Made by a program: the position numbers and the translations under genes. Shown here piece by piece: positions 36,649 through 50,111 of a stretch of 55,552 bases of DNA (its first letter is position 1; each line of letters starts with the position of its first letter). The DNA is from Nemertoderma westbladi. Taxonomy: Eukaryota; Animalia; Xenacoelomorpha. The notes under the pieces are model-generated. The model did not search any database and was not told the DNA's origin. It was given only the letters and a program-made list of their open reading frames with translations. Location: the NCBI GenBank assembly GCA_032718475.1, contig JAUCBJ010008888.1:1-55552 (forward strand), written 5' to 3'.

Positions 36649-37236
36649 TTATACAGTTAACGTTGATTTCCTATTCACAATGTTTTTCTGAGTCCATCTC
36701 CGAACCAAATGAGGGTTGGGTGGCAGCACATTGTCTGAGTAATCGCCGTCCTCGATGGCTGGCGGCCAATAGTGGCAGACAACTGCCGCTGTTTCACCGT
36801 CGCTACTGAGACAACATCCGACACCCAGCAGGGTCGTGGACTTCCACACGATCTGTGTGAAATGACCCGCATTGAATCCGCCTATGTGGTAGTCGTAGTT
36901 GACGCTATCCTTGTACCACTTGTCCACCGGTACGGAACCGTGGCTGACCAGTCGAGGACTCCCCCAGATTATGTTCTCACCGACCTTGGAGTTACTGTTT
37001 TCAAAGATATTATTTTGGATTTGATGTTCGGCCCACGTTTGGGCGCTGTTCGTTAGATTTTGCGATAGAGACACGCTGGGAACGCAGTGACGTCGGCGGT
37101 AGCAGTTGTGCGCCGTCAAGCATTCCTTTCTGAATTGAGTTAAATCGTGTTCGCGGATCACAATTCCATTTCTCAATGGCGGTAGGTTAAACTGCTGGCC
37201 CTCGGGCGCCTGAATGGCACTAGCCGAGCATCCCAT
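36649..37236 (-). CDS. CAP/SCP-domain protein, GAPR-1/GLIPR2-like, 195 aa, intronless
   Basis: Motifs AHNCYRRRH, AQTWAEH, GENI, GHFTQIVWKST and VVCHYWP. N-terminal MGCSAS myristoylation motif resembles GLIPR2 MGKSAS; no signal peptide. Confidence 0.85.
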   Translation of the reverse strand: MGCSASAIQAPEGQQFNLPPLRNGIVIREHDLTQFRKECLTAHNCYRRRHCVPSVSLSQNLTNSAQTWAEHQIQNNIFENSNSKVGENIIWGSPRLVSHGSVPVDKWYKDSVNYDYHIGGFNAGHFTQIVWKSTTLLGVGCCLSSDGETAAVVCHYWPPAIEDGDYSDNVLPPNPHLVRRWTQKNIVNRKSTLTV

Positions 37237-38899
37237 TTCGCACAGATATAACCATCATTCCAGTTTAATTATTATAACTATTTAATATCCTATGTCAAAG
37301 CTTGTAAGCTTACACTTATATAGAATTGTATACAGTGCGATATAAATTTTAAAATCAGACCTACAGTAGTATACTGTAATAGTGTAAACTGCAATCATAT
37401 TTGGTTTGGCGCTTGTTTTTTACCTTACTTTTCCCACGATGTATGATAATGATAAATATTTATATTTAAGTATCTTATAATATCACTATTAGTAAAATAT
37501 AAAACTTTACAATTTACTAATATTCAATTAACAGACAAACAAAACATATGAAGAATACCCGTGGTGCTTTGTTGCACAGCTGAGTGCAAATTGATATTTC
37601 ATTAGGCCTATGAAGCCATCTGCAGTGATCATTTAATCTATTATGCGAATTTAAACCATTTTGTAAACGATTTTGTCATTAAATTACTATTACAATTACA
37701 CCTTAATGCCGGAATTTTTTGTTTATTATGAACAAGAATTCGGTATTATACAATTTTTTTTGGTAATTCTTAGTTTTTCTTTAATAATAATCATATACTA
37801 GAAGCGCCACAAAAAGGGGAGCTATACTGTAATGGGCTATGAGGCCGAGGAATATAATAAAGCGAACACAAGCGTCGTATAAAGTTTCCAATAATATTTG
37901 TAATATAATAGCAATAATTGTGTAGTTCTGCTCACTGAATCCTATAATTAAATGCAAACGTTATAATTTATTTGCTCATTAATTCCATAATGAATGAAAA
38001 TTAAAAATGACTTGGAATACCGTATAGAAACTGTGGTGTTACTATAGAAACTGGTGTTCTTACAGGCAATCTGCGACTGAAAACAAAAGAGGATTAATAC
38101 GCGAGCATGGTAGGCCTGGCCTACATTATGGTTTGGCAACGTTAGTTGTTTGTGACTGGATTAGTATTAGTAAATATATTAAATAATTGTGTAGTTATTG
38201 TATTATTGTGCACTATAACGGGCCCGGACAATATTAATTAATTACCATAGCTATAATGGGGATGGAATACAATCTTCGTCCTGCCAAATATCAATATTCT
38301 GAAACAAACGCTCTTTAAAGAAAAGAAAAAAGTTCTCCTTAAAAAAAGTATTAAACCAGTAGAGCGTTTTCCTGCAATATTACTGCAGATGTGCGTGCAG
38401 CTAGTTATGTAGTTATATACAGTTATATACAGACCGGTAATGTAAAGTCATTTGTTTTATCAAAGTATTATTGGTTACAAAAGTCGATTTAAATGTGAAA
38501 AATCATATCATTGTTTAAAACATTTCTGCTCGCTACGCTCGCTTTTTCTCCCTTGTTATGTGCATTCACTTATATATTATCAATATTCCTATTAATTCGG
38601 AACTATATTAACATCCACAATTTCCTTTCAAATTATAATGCCTCCATAATGCTTTGCGTTTTAAACGTAATTTTTAAAGTGTATTCATTTACACCTTCAT
38701 GGTTTATCGCACTCCTTGACCGAAACATAAATGCGCCACTGTTCAATTATCACGAATAACAGTAGGCCTAACTAACAATAAAATAAACAGATAAATATGA
38801 AATATAAAGTGATAGAAATTGCACTAAGATATATAAATGTTTTGAGTAACTTTGTATTCTTGGTGGGCTCTACGCGACACCGCACTATGTCCACAAATT

Positions 38900-39112
38900 A
38901 TACAATTTTTGAAATATTATTTGTAATATTATACTGTAACTATTTACATACTTGTGAGTAAAGTAGCACTTTACAGTGTGATGATCCGAATGCTTTGTTA
39001 CACGAACAAATGTTAGTGAGTGAGTGAAAATAAAGCCACGAGGATCAGAACACTGTAAAGTACTTTGCTACAGTACAAGTATGTTATGTATGTAGTTTTA
39101 TTCCAAAATTGT
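38900..39112. repeat. Degenerate palindromic MITE-like repeat
   Basis: CATACTTGT...ACTTTACAGTGT...TGATCC is mirrored by GGATCA...ACACTGTAAAGT...ACAAGTATG. Confidence 0.55.
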
Positions 39113-39569
39113 AACATTACGAAATGATTGTATATATATTATAAGTGATAGAAACTGCACAAATTAAATTAGTTGCTGTATAAATAAATGTAAAAATGAC
39201 ATAAATTATGTTATAAATAAGTTAGCTTATATTTATGGTGGCGTTTGGAGCCATGTTAATAGTTTATAGCTACTTGTTATTAATAGCTATACCCCACCTA
39301 CCGGTAGGTGATGCAGTAGGCCTAACTGGCTGTCAGGCAAATACCACCTATTGTTTACGTGGTAACCAATGACGGCGTGTTGTAATGTCCGCTAAAGGGA
39401 CATTACTTAACTGAATAACACCAATACGTACAATACTAAATGTACAGGCCAAACAATGCTGTAAAGTCCTCAAAAGTTGTAAAGTGCTAAATAACAACTC
39501 GCTGTTAATACTAGCGGCGTTGAGTAATGTTACAATTTTGGAATAAAAATATTATATTCTTTCCAGACA

Positions 39570-41495
39570 CTATCTGAAGAGTAATTCCTTTATAGGATTT
39601 GTTCTTGGCTCTAGTGATCATTGTATTGTTGTAGCTAAGGTATTAGTCTCCGCGCTAGAAGAACTTAAAGAAGAACTTAAGGGCAGCCTTAAATAGGCTT
39701 TCCAGGATTTGGAAGTCACCGAGAATTAATCGGAAACTAAAGGTCCGATTATTTAGAACAGCAGTAGTTCCAGTACTCCTCTATGGGAGTCCATGCTGGG
39801 CTCTAACTGCTGAGGACACCAAATGTCTGTGTAAAAGCTTTTGCGGAATTGGCTTGTTATTTTCCCCGCAAAGTACTCTGTAGTTGGTTTGACGGGCATA
39901 AAAGGCCGTTTCATTACTGTACTGGTGTTTTAGTGGACATAAAAAGCCATTTCTTCTGTATGTGTACTTTAGCGGACATAACTAGCAATTTTATGTCGCA
40001 ATACGCTAAAATCCTCTTGACACAGTGTAGTTACTATGACGACGGCTAACAGCTGATCTGTACACGTGTAGCTTTTCCTTTGTCTCTTTGTTCGGACAAC
40101 CAATCACAGCGATTCTCCTGTTATTTGTACAGAAACCTCCGGGAAATCGCGCAATGCATTACTGTTTATGTTTACCCTTTTTCCTGAGGCCAGAAGACCG
40201 GCTTTGGAATCTCTGTGTTTTCAGGCTTTAGCCCAACATTAGTAGGCTTGATCATCGAAACGTATATCTGTTATCATATCATACCATTACAAGCCAAACC
40301 ATATCACTACATAATTATCATATTGTCAACTACAAACACCGCATTTTTACTGCTATTTACTGTCGGTCATTAATTATATCAGTTGATGGAATATTATTAT
40401 ATTGGATAATATCGATAAATTAATTATAAATCCCTCAATCTTCTTGATATACTGAAGGCAAGAGAGACCGGTTACATATAACAATTGCGACTTACATTAA
40501 AGTGGTTTTGGAGTGAATCTAATGCTATTTCATAGGCACTACATGAGTCGGTTACTGTTCTCTTTATATGTAACTAAAATTACTGAAGGTCGGCAGATCA
40601 TTGTGCAGTATTGTGCGGTAGTGTGCATGATTGTGATTGATAACAAAGCATCTCCTAAAGAATGCACTTTATACGTGAATCCATAGCCATCCCGTTGTGT
40701 CTAGTGTAAGACATAACTCTGTTTATATATTTAGAGCGCCACGTCCTAAAGGAACTGTTAATATTTCCCGAAAGTGAATAATATTGGTCAGAAATTATAT
40801 CTTAACGATCAGTCGAATAATACAGTAGGCCTACACCGCAATAAGCTCAAGCTTCCGAATCCAGTCTCCCGGGTATATCCAGCGGGTGAATGGTCGCGCA
40901 TAGACTGGCTTCGGCTAATGTAGTGTAACAAATACTCGTCATAGGCTAAAGTCGATTTATAATCTAGAAGACATCTAAATTTGGCAGGTTAAACTGCTAA
41001 AGGTCTGAAAGCGCGAACAGTCTGGATGGCACATTCACAAGAATGCTACGCCGGGTTTATTGTGTCAAGTACAATGGAGATGGAAACGGAAGGGAGGTGT
41101 CAAGGAAACTGATCGATAAAATAGGATTATATTGAATCGCATCAGGGATCTGGATCCCATTGAGAGATTGTCACGTGGAAATCAGAATGGTTTCCGTAAC
41201 GGTCGCGTGACCATGGAGCCCATTTTGGCACTTAGAAGGATAATTGAAGAGTTATTAAATGTGTAACCTTAGTTGACTTCTTCAAGGCCTCGCTCACGTA
41301 TGTTCAGCATACTTTCATTATATGGGATTTCTGATGAAATTATTGCAGCAATCAGATCAGTAGGCCTATACGATGGTTCGATGACATTTGTATCTACTGT
41401 TGATGCTGGTGACTAAGATCCGTTCAACGTATTATTGGGAGTCCACCCCACCAGGGTTACACACTTGCACCTTTCTTATTCATAATTGTGGTTTA
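39570..41495 (+). mobile_element. Highly degraded RTE-like LINE remnant, interrupted by the solo LTR
   Basis: SDH-like endonuclease end near 39610. After the LTR there are eroded RT pieces (ILALRRIIEE, VDFFKA, QGYTLAPFLFIIV). Confidence 0.6.
39830..41019 (+). mobile_element. Solo LTR of the same BEL/Pao family
   Basis: TGTAAAAGCT...GCGCGAACA, with a perfect 5-bp TSD GTCTG at 39825-39829 and 41020-41024 and no internal sequence. Confidence 0.95.
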
Positions 41496-41641
41496 CGTAC
41501 AGTACAGTAGTTTTATTAAGAATTCTTGCATTATAATTCTAGAATCAAATGTATTGTATTTTAGAATAATGTGCGAGAATCACATCGCGCAACGAGAACG
41601 ACATGTGCATTTGAATTGACAAGAACGGCGCCCCATTCTAA

Positions 41642-42260
41642 AACAATGTAACCCATGATACAATTACAGTATATACGCGGTATGCATATTTCCAATTGGG
41701 GTATCGTTTCAGCCTATAAAATTATTTCATGGCTTCTAATTGGCTGCTTCTTAACACGCTCCTATAGCCAAAATGTGTGTCGGTTCGGCCTAATTTCCAG
41801 CAGTGTCGGTTGGGGAAAACCACTAACTAATCGACATAATCAAATAATGAATTAACAATGACATTTGCGCTAGGCTAGTTGTCTGTTTTCCGTAATGACT
41901 AATCCCATCACATGCCTATTTTATAACCGGGTAGTGTACAAATTTAGGAATCGCGTAATTTTTATTGAAATTAATATCTCACATCTCTCCAAACCACCTA
42001 TAAACCTATAATAAATGTATAAAACTTATGGGCCGACTTGTAAACGATGATGGAGAATCTGATTCAGGCATTAATTGTTAAATTAAATTCTATGTTACTC
42101 ATTCATTGTTTTTCATATGGGAGAGTGTTAGCCAATGAGGTGAGCTTATTTAAGGAACACCCGATTAGAAGCCGAGAAATACTTCCAAAGGCTGAAACGA
42201 CACCCCAATTGGAAATATGCACGCGGGTGAGTGTTATTATCACATGAGAGTTACATGGTT
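41642..42260. mobile_element. MITE with long imperfect terminal inverted repeats
   Basis: TGCATATTTCCAATTGGGGTATCGTTTCAGCCT (from 41683) versus AGGCTGAAACGACACCCCAATTGGAAATATGCA (to 42221). The match extends outward (ATGTAAC/GTTACAT) and inward (CTTCTAAT/ATTAGAAG). Confidence 0.75.
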
Positions 42261-42573
42261 CTGGTTCTGCATTAGTAAGCCTTCACAAAATTAATAATGC
42301 ATATACTGTACCTTCTACGCCCCTTGTTAACCCGTTTATAGTTTAAATCACCTTATTTAACAGATTAAGCTCGCAGTAAGCTGATAGGCCTACCCAATAT
42401 CGCAGTATCTCATTTTCGTCAAAGGTTTAAGCCTCAGGACGGAAGTACAGCTGACGTGTACGCCTACTGTATTTGCACTGCTGCGCTACCTACCGGTACT
42501 GGGTAGGGCCTAAAGGCGGAGTGCTGGTAATCTAGCTACAAATCATTGTTGACCGACCATCCACCATCAGACC

Positions 42574-43248
42574 ATGGCTTCAAGAACTAACAACCCCAAT
42601 CAAGACTTATCCAAGTTCTACTTGGTGGCTTACAACTACGGAATGTTTAGTGGCTGGCTGGTTATCCTAGCTAAGACGACGGCTCACCTTGCCACCCGCG
42701 GTACGGTCGCTGGTTTATGGCCGAACGTGGCTTCGTTCGTAACGATATTCCAAACGGGAGCGCTAATCGAAATCATCCACAGCGCCATAGGATTAACACG
42801 TTCGTCAGTCTCAGTAACAGCCACACAGGTTTTCTCTCGAGTGTTTATAGTCTGGGCTATCGTTCGAAATCTTCCTCCGGCCCAGACCCAGATAGGTCTA
42901 CCGTTGCTATTGGTAGCCTGGTCTGTTACCGAAGTAGTCCGGTACCTATACTACGCCGGACATGTACTGGACCGCGTCCCGTACATATTAACCTGGTTGA
43001 GATACACATTGTTTCTGGTCCTCTACCCTTTGGGGGTCGCTGGGGAGTTGCTCAGTGTCTGCTCCACTCTCGACTACATCGACGCTAATAGTATCTACAA
43101 GATCGATCTCCCTAATGTGGTCAATATATCTTTCAATTATCGCTACTTTATGTACTTTCTTATGTCGTTATATATTCCCCTGTTCCCACGGTTGTTTGGA
43201 CATATGTTAAAACAACGACGGAAAATGTTGTCCGGAAAACAGGACTAA
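42574..43248 (+). CDS. HACD: Very-long-chain 3-hydroxyacyl-CoA dehydratase (PTPLA family, HACD1/2-like), 224 aa, intronless
   Basis: Motifs QVFSRVFIVW, AWSVTEVVRYLYY, WLRYTLFLVLYPLGVAGE (catalytic Tyr/Glu) and HMLKQRRK; multiple hydrophobic helices; good Kozak context ACCATGG. Confidence 0.93.
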   Translation: MASRTNNPNQDLSKFYLVAYNYGMFSGWLVILAKTTAHLATRGTVAGLWPNVASFVTIFQTGALIEIIHSAIGLTRSSVSVTATQVFSRVFIVWAIVRNLPPAQTQIGLPLLLVAWSVTEVVRYLYYAGHVLDRVPYILTWLRYTLFLVLYPLGVAGELLSVCSTLDYIDANSIYKIDLPNVVNISFNYRYFMYFLMSLYIPLFPRLFGHMLKQRRKMLSGKQD

Positions 43249-43782
43249 ATCTCGGAAAACACCTATTACTATATTCCAGTTATTATTCTATTCATGTTAA
43301 TACTGTAGTACGTAGTTCATATCTCGTACTACTGTATGTAATATACCATAAAATTCATAGTTTTAATTTTTATAAATAGTAGTGCAGAAGTTGGTTAATT
43401 TTCGCTCTCAATATATTATAGAAATGAGTTTGTTTGTGTTTGTTTATTCTGATGAAAAACTTGAATTTGCTCAATTGCTATTTTCATTATTATTTCAGGC
43501 ATTCAAGGTGCCTTCAGTAAGAACACGTTCGTGGTGCCTTCGCGCCACTCGAGAGCCTATATTAGAAAGTACATTATACTTATTCTCTATTAGATATACG
43601 AAAACTGTCTTTCCCAAAATATATATGTGGGAAGGCGATGCTATCAGATTGTGATAAACTAGTTGTAACAACAGAGATCCATTTCAGTTTGCCCTTACAC
43701 ACATTAACTTTCATTTGTAAACCTTCAAACTAGGGCTATTTAAGTTAAGTATGGCATTTTAGTTTTACAATACTCTTCTCAT

Positions 43783-44130
43783 TTATTAACCTCGTTGCGC
43801 TCGTCCTGTTTTGTCTTAAAATAATTTCCCTAAACGGAGACTAACGGCCTTTATAACTCTGCAAAGTCTCGCAACTGTGAGAACAACTGTTGATTTATGG
43901 CAGATGGATACTCGTATCCACTGTAAACTTGTTGCGTTCGTTCGTTTTTTTACCAAACTTCCGATTATTTCTAAACTTTTGCCGGACTACGTACGTACCA
44001 AGTTTCGTTTAATTCATCAAGGAATAACCGAGTTATTAGCGATCAAAAATTTACGACGACGACGACGACAGACAACTCGTTAATAGCACCCACATGCTAA
44101 GGCTTCGCTCACTTCGTGGCTCGCCCCACA
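43783..44130 (+). mobile_element. Possible non-autonomous Helentron/DINE-like repeat
   Basis: CCAAGTTTCG...GAGTTAT core, (GAC)n/GACA microsatellite and a GC-rich terminal stem-loop region. Architecture resemblance only. Confidence 0.35.
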
Positions 44131-45218
44131 ATGAGTGATCATTTCTTTTTAATTTTAATGAGTTCCACTTGTACCAAATTAAATCAGGCAGATATTTATT
44201 GTTGGAATTGAGCTAACCAGACGTCGTAAAGAAATTCTATACAATCATACTTTTTATTGGGGGGGGGGGGGATACTTTAGATATTAGATAGATAGATGAC
44301 AGTGTTTTATAAACATAAAGTTAGTTACTAACTACCAGAATTACCTAACCGTTGATTCACCCAGCTGATTTGGGATACTTGGATGGCTCACTGAACTGAG
44401 GTAATTTAATTATCAATTTTAACAATTATTTTACTTTCTAACAATATCCCACTCAAGGCATCCATGCAGCCGATATTTACTAGCTAACTTGGGGGTTTGT
44501 TTAGATTACAGTAAACACAATAGAGATATTCAGGTAAATAAAAAAATAAGTATTCTATGAAAATTCTAGTAAATTTTTCATGTTTATTTTTATTACTCCA
44601 CACCAGCCTTACAAAATTACTACACTTTAAATATTCTAGAACATTAGTTAGCTCTTGTGTCAAATTGTGGCTCTATAGCTGACCAATTTTTTTTTTAAGA
44701 ATTTACCTACGTCAAGTTTTTTAAACTAATAATAAATGATTGTATGAATAAGGAATTATTTACCCTCCGTTTCTTCTGAACGTTCATACATTACTCTGGA
44801 ACGTTTAGCTACAGGGCAACACTTGTCAATGTGGGTTGTGAGTCCATAAATTTAGTGTTTGTGAAATTCCTAAGATATTTCTTAATACAGGTTCCGGTCA
44901 GTTTCTTAACTTTCAATGTAGATTGTAATTTTTGAAGTCGGTCATGCTATTTTTCATTTTTTAAAATTTACTAAAATATAAAGTTGAGGTTAACTACGGT
45001 AAACACCTTAAAGACCATTTTATTTACTTAAAATTTTTCTACAATGACCTACTATAGATGCGACCCGCCAAGCTGCTGCAAAGCCCCTAAATTTAGTGGG
45101 CGAGTTGTTTCTCTTAGATAGAACCCCTGAAACAATATACCCCTCTTTCAGATGAGGGAAATAAAAATTTAATAGCTCCAGTAGTTTTCGAAACATGAGG
45201 AGTTCCAGGCACCCATGT

Positions 45219-47850
45219 ATTATTATTATTATTATTAAACAGTGAAATATTAATTAAAATAAAGACACCGGAGAAAAACAAACCAGGTACACTTACGGTA
45301 AACCAGGTACACTTACGGTAGGTTATATAGAGCATACAAATTTGCAACAGTTTAAAATAAATCTAAAATAGTTCAAAATATCTACAAAGTTTTAAAATAG
45401 TTTAAAATAAATCTAAAATAGTTCAAAATATCTAAAAATTTATAAAATAGTTTACAATAAAAATAACTATTAGCAGATAAAATTCGACATTTAGTACATA
45501 AAACCCACTTAAAAAAAACATGAAGGACAGACAACATTACAATAACTGGTTATATTATTATTAAAACATATTTATCACATAGCTCGGTTAAAATAACAAA
45601 AAGAAAGTAGATTCAGGCCTTTAACTTTATTAGAGAAAATGCTTTTAGACAATGAGTTAACAATCTCAGCAGGGAGCCAGTTCCAAATAGGAACAACTCT
45701 GTACGCAAATATATTTTTACACATTAACAGTCGAGACTGCCGGTGGTGCAACTTGCGGTCATGTCCTCTCAACCCAGCCCTAGGAGCCAAGCTGAAGAAG
45801 TCAGAAGTATTTAAGTCAACGTCGTTATGATATATAGCAAAGGTCATCTTCAGGTCATAGATTATTCGTCGGACTTCTAATGGTTGCAACTGTAGGTCAG
45901 TAAGGCGATCTAAATAACTTAACGAACAATCTAAATTACAACGTTTAAAAAGGCGGCGTGTAAAATATCGCTGGACACGCTCAATTAAATCTATACTTCC
46001 TAAATGATACGGAGACCACACTGATGTACAGTATTCTAACAAGGGTCGCACATAAGATTTGTAAGCTATAATTAATGCACTACGGTTGTTGGTGTGAAAG
46101 CACTTAAATATAAGGTTGATCATTTTGAAAGCCTTTGCAGATTGTTCACGACAATAGGTATCAAAAATAAGGTTACTGCACATTGTAATACCGAGGTCCC
46201 TACAAGATGTTTCTACATTTAATAACTTCCCCCCTAACATATATTGACAATCAGTGCGGTCTGCCGAGCCGATGTGAAGCACGCTGCATTTATGTGCTGC
46301 AATATGCAGTTGCCAATTGGCAGACCACATTTCCAAATCTAATAAGGCTTTGTTAAGTATTAATCTATCTGAAGTCTGTGCATATAGCTTTACATCGTCG
46401 GCAAATAGTTTACATGATACACGGCGATCAATGGCATCAGGTAAGTCATTAATAAATATAATAAATAATATTGGGCCTAGAACACTTCCTTGAGGTGTTC
46501 CAGATACCACGTGACAGACATCGGAGAAACTATTACCAATTAATACTTTTTGACTACGATCTGTTAAAAATGCAGATAACCATAACAGTAAATCGCCAGT
46601 AATACCGTAACTAGATAGCTTAAACAATAATTTACTATGCACCACAGAATCAAAAGCTTTGGCAAAATCTACATATATTATATCACAGCTATGACGTTTA
46701 TCCAATAAGTTGCACCACTCCGTAACACATTCTAATAATTGAGTACAAGTAGACCGCTTTTTTAAAAACCCATGCTGAGATTTAGATATTACATTGTGTA
46801 AGTATAAATATTCTAACACTGTCTCCTTGATACACATCTCCATAATCAATGCACGTAGAGTAGCACTAAAAATATCCCAGAAATCATTTACCAGCAAACA
46901 TGAATTGAAAACAGAGGGCCAGTCTATGTTATCTATATAGTCGGAAAAATTAACATAGTCTGCATTTTTAAAATCATAAAAACCAGTACAATCATGAGAA
47001 TTAAAGTTACGGTCAGCAGATAAAATGCTAAAAACAACAGAATCGTGATCGCTTGTACTAAAAGGGGCCAAAACATTAACATTAGAAATAAACATATCTT
47101 CAGTAGAAAAAACAAGGTCTAACACATTATTACCACGGGTAGGTTTTAGCTGCAATTGATTTAGACTATTCTCTAGGAAACATTGAGAAAGCACATTATA
47201 GTTATCATTAGAGGGATGGGTTAATTTAACCCAATCATAATCAGGCAGGTTAAAGTCTCCAGTTACCACGCATGGGTAGGTAACTTCACAAAGAGAAGAT
47301 AAACATTGGGAAAGCAATTTGTCAGAGTCAAGGGTTGCTATAGTGCCCGACCGATATGTACAAATAAAGCGACTCGGGGAACTACCCACCAAATCCACGG
47401 CCACCACTTCTACTGTGTCCTCAAACTGCGGAGGTAATTTAACCTTGACACATTTGATGTCTGTTCGCACAAGAATGGCGACACCACCCCCCCTAGAGAC
47501 GCGGTCGTTCCGGAATACCATATAATCACCATTACCACTAACCATTTTATCAGTTATTTCGTCTGTTAACCAAGACTCAGTGATACCAACAATACCATAT
47601 CCATTTGATTGTAGAAAGAACTCAAAGTCAGTTAGTTTATTTTTAAGCGACTGAGCATTTATTACGCAGCATTCAGTAAAAGGGTCCTTAGGTTGCTTTC
47701 CTCCGTTTACACGTTTTCCGATGGAGATATTGGAGATGGAGATGAGATTGAAGAAGGAGATAGAGGTCGGTTTGTTGATCGTGTTGATCTAAGATTCCGG
47801 GCAGCTTCCCGTTTGTTAAACTGCTAATTGTAGCCACAGTACCTTTCCGA
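45219..47850 (-). mobile_element. CR1/L2-group LINE, 5'-truncated, with an in-frame internal deletion in ORF2
   Basis: ORF 45575..47545, open upstream to about 47700. APE motifs NAQSLKNK, ITESWL, GDFN and SDH; RT motifs QHGF, DFAKAFDSV, PQGSVLGP and FADD; (TAA)n tail at about 45219-45238. Confidence 0.88.
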
Positions 47851-48450
47851 ATTGAAAATAAGTTACTCTAAATACGCCTCCATCGCCGTCTCTTCATATT
47901 TTTATTTTTGGTGTGTTGAATTCGTTATAAATAATTTCATTTACCGTACTTAAATTCTGAGTCAATTAAAAATCGGTCTTTTGACTTCTAATCTCACTTT
48001 CGATTGTTAATAATTTAATTCAACACCATAAAATATTAATAATATGGTTTTGTTATACCAAATTCTTTGAAGAGTGGGGTTTTTTGAGTATTTTTTATCG
48101 CAATAATTTTTATTGTCCGTTTAAATCACTAATGATGTCATTTTTATTTTACTTTTTATGTCCTCCAGAAATTTACCGTTAGGTTTCATGCTTACCGGTT
48201 TCTCTACTGCTGTTCTCTCGGGCTATCAGTACCAGTATTAGTATATAGAGCACTATTTTGCAGTATTGCTGTATTGTATGTACAGTTGTATTGTATTGTG
48301 TATGCACATGTATTGTATTGTATAAAGCAGGTATTTTAGTACCGGCACCGGTACTGCTGTAGGCCTACTGTGTAGCCTACCATTTAAATACGGTAATGGT
48401 AGGCCTACCGGCGACCGGTTAGTGCTAATAAATTTTACATAATTGATAAT

Positions 48451-49060
48451 TTGGTTAGAAAGGCCCGCCTCTGAAACCTGATCCTTTCCTTCATTTTGTA
48501 AAGTGACTGTTTATTGTTTTGGTTATAAAATCCCGCCTCCGTAACCTGCCCCTTTCCCTCAATTAATTAAATGATCGTTTATTGTTTTGGTTAGAAAATC
48601 TCGCCTCTGTAACCTGCTCCTTTCCCTCAATTAGTTAAGTGATCGTTTATTGTTTTGGTTAGAAAATCCCGCCTCTGTAACCTGCTCCTTTCCCTCAATT
48701 AGTTAAGTGATCGTTTATTGTTTTGGTTAGGAAATCCCGCCTCTGTAACCTGCTCCTTTCTCTCAATTGGTCATGTTATCGTTTATTATTTTGGTTAGAA
48801 AAGACCATCTATGTAACCTGCTCCTTTCCATCATTTGGTAAAGTGATTGTTTATTGTTTTGGTTAGAAAATCCCGCCTCTGTAACCTGCTCCTTTCCCTG
48901 ATTTGGTAAAGTGACCGTTTATTGTTTTTGTTAGAAAGGCTAGCCTCTGTAACCTGCTCCTTTCCTTCATTTGGTAAAGTGACTGTTTATTGTTTTGGTT
49001 AAAAATTCCGGCCTTAACCTGCTCCTTTCCATCAATTGGTAATTGTTTTTGGTTATAAAA
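48451..49060. repeat. 68-bp tandem repeat, about 9 copies
   Basis: TTGGTTAGAAAATCCCGCCTCTGTAACCTGCTCCTTTCC... recurs at 48451, 48519, 48587 and onward. Confidence 0.95.
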
Positions 49061-49476
49061 TGAGTGTTTTGCTACGTCATGTGGTAATCGATTATCGACA
49101 ACAACCACAAACTATTAAATTTAGAGTCTTTTACCACAGTCGCATATGGAAATCTATCTCATAGTCTATAAATCATGGAATTTTGAATGTTTTGGCACAG
49201 GCATAGTGAAACCAACTGTCCGACAGACCAGAAATCAACAAATTTTGAATGTTTTGGCATAGGCATGTTGAAATCAACTGTCTGACAGTCCAGAAATCAG
49301 CAGTCTGACAGTTTGAAGAAATCCATACATAAAAAGTCATTAAAGGACAACAAAAGTCATTAAAGGGACAACAAAAGTCATTATGCACAATTCGTAAAAA
49401 AAGGAGGACAAAAAAAAGCCACATAAAAGGACATAAAAAATCACTGCCATTTTTTATCTAATCCTGGCGCAATACA

Positions 49477-49532
49477 TACAGAAAAGTGGCCAAAATATGC
49501 CAAAATGACTCTATTATGGCCACTTTTCTGTA
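49477..49532. mobile_element. Miniature Tc1/mariner-like TIR element
   Basis: TA|CAGAAAAGTGGCCA ... TGGCCACTTTTCTG|TA: perfect inverted repeat with TA flanks. Confidence 0.55.
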
Positions 49533-49728
49533 TATCGCCCCTCCTTTAGTGTCTATGTGTTTATAGGAATACCATAGGTCTATTGTATTATAGGAAACAC
49601 GGCATTATAAACAACGTTATTTACAAACCCGTGATAGGAAACAATAGAGAGTTCATTAATTGCTGAATTGCTACAGCGGGAAATTTTGAATTACAGAATC
49701 TGATGTGTTCATTTTGCAATGCTGGCTT

Positions 49729-49741
49729 GTTGCTAGGAAAC
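49729..49741 (+). promoter_or_regulatory. RFX X-box upstream of BBS7
   Basis: GTTGCTAGGAAAC about 370 bp before the ATG. BBS genes are established RFX/DAF-19 targets. Confidence 0.65.
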
Positions 49742-50111
49742 TAGGTAAACAGTGCCCAGAGGATACAGAAATCTCAGGTTACAGAATTGCATCCCAGACC
49801 TCAATTAAAAATATAAATCTATAATATAACTGCCAGACTGATCGTCAATTTGGGCGTATGTGTGTGTAGTGGGTGTCGATATGTGGTGAATTTTGGAGAA
49901 TTTAGGCGGGCATTTACTAGGCGCCCTTTCTTTGACCTATGCCTTGATTTCGTTTAGAACGCCTTACTTTTAGATCGCCTCCACCGCCAAATATTCATCC
50001 ATAGTACCGGTAATGTAGTAGGCCTATCGGTAATTCAGTATTCATTATCATCATAACTGGAAATAATCGACATTCCTGTAACCTACCTATCTCATTTACT
50101 TTGAATAAGTG

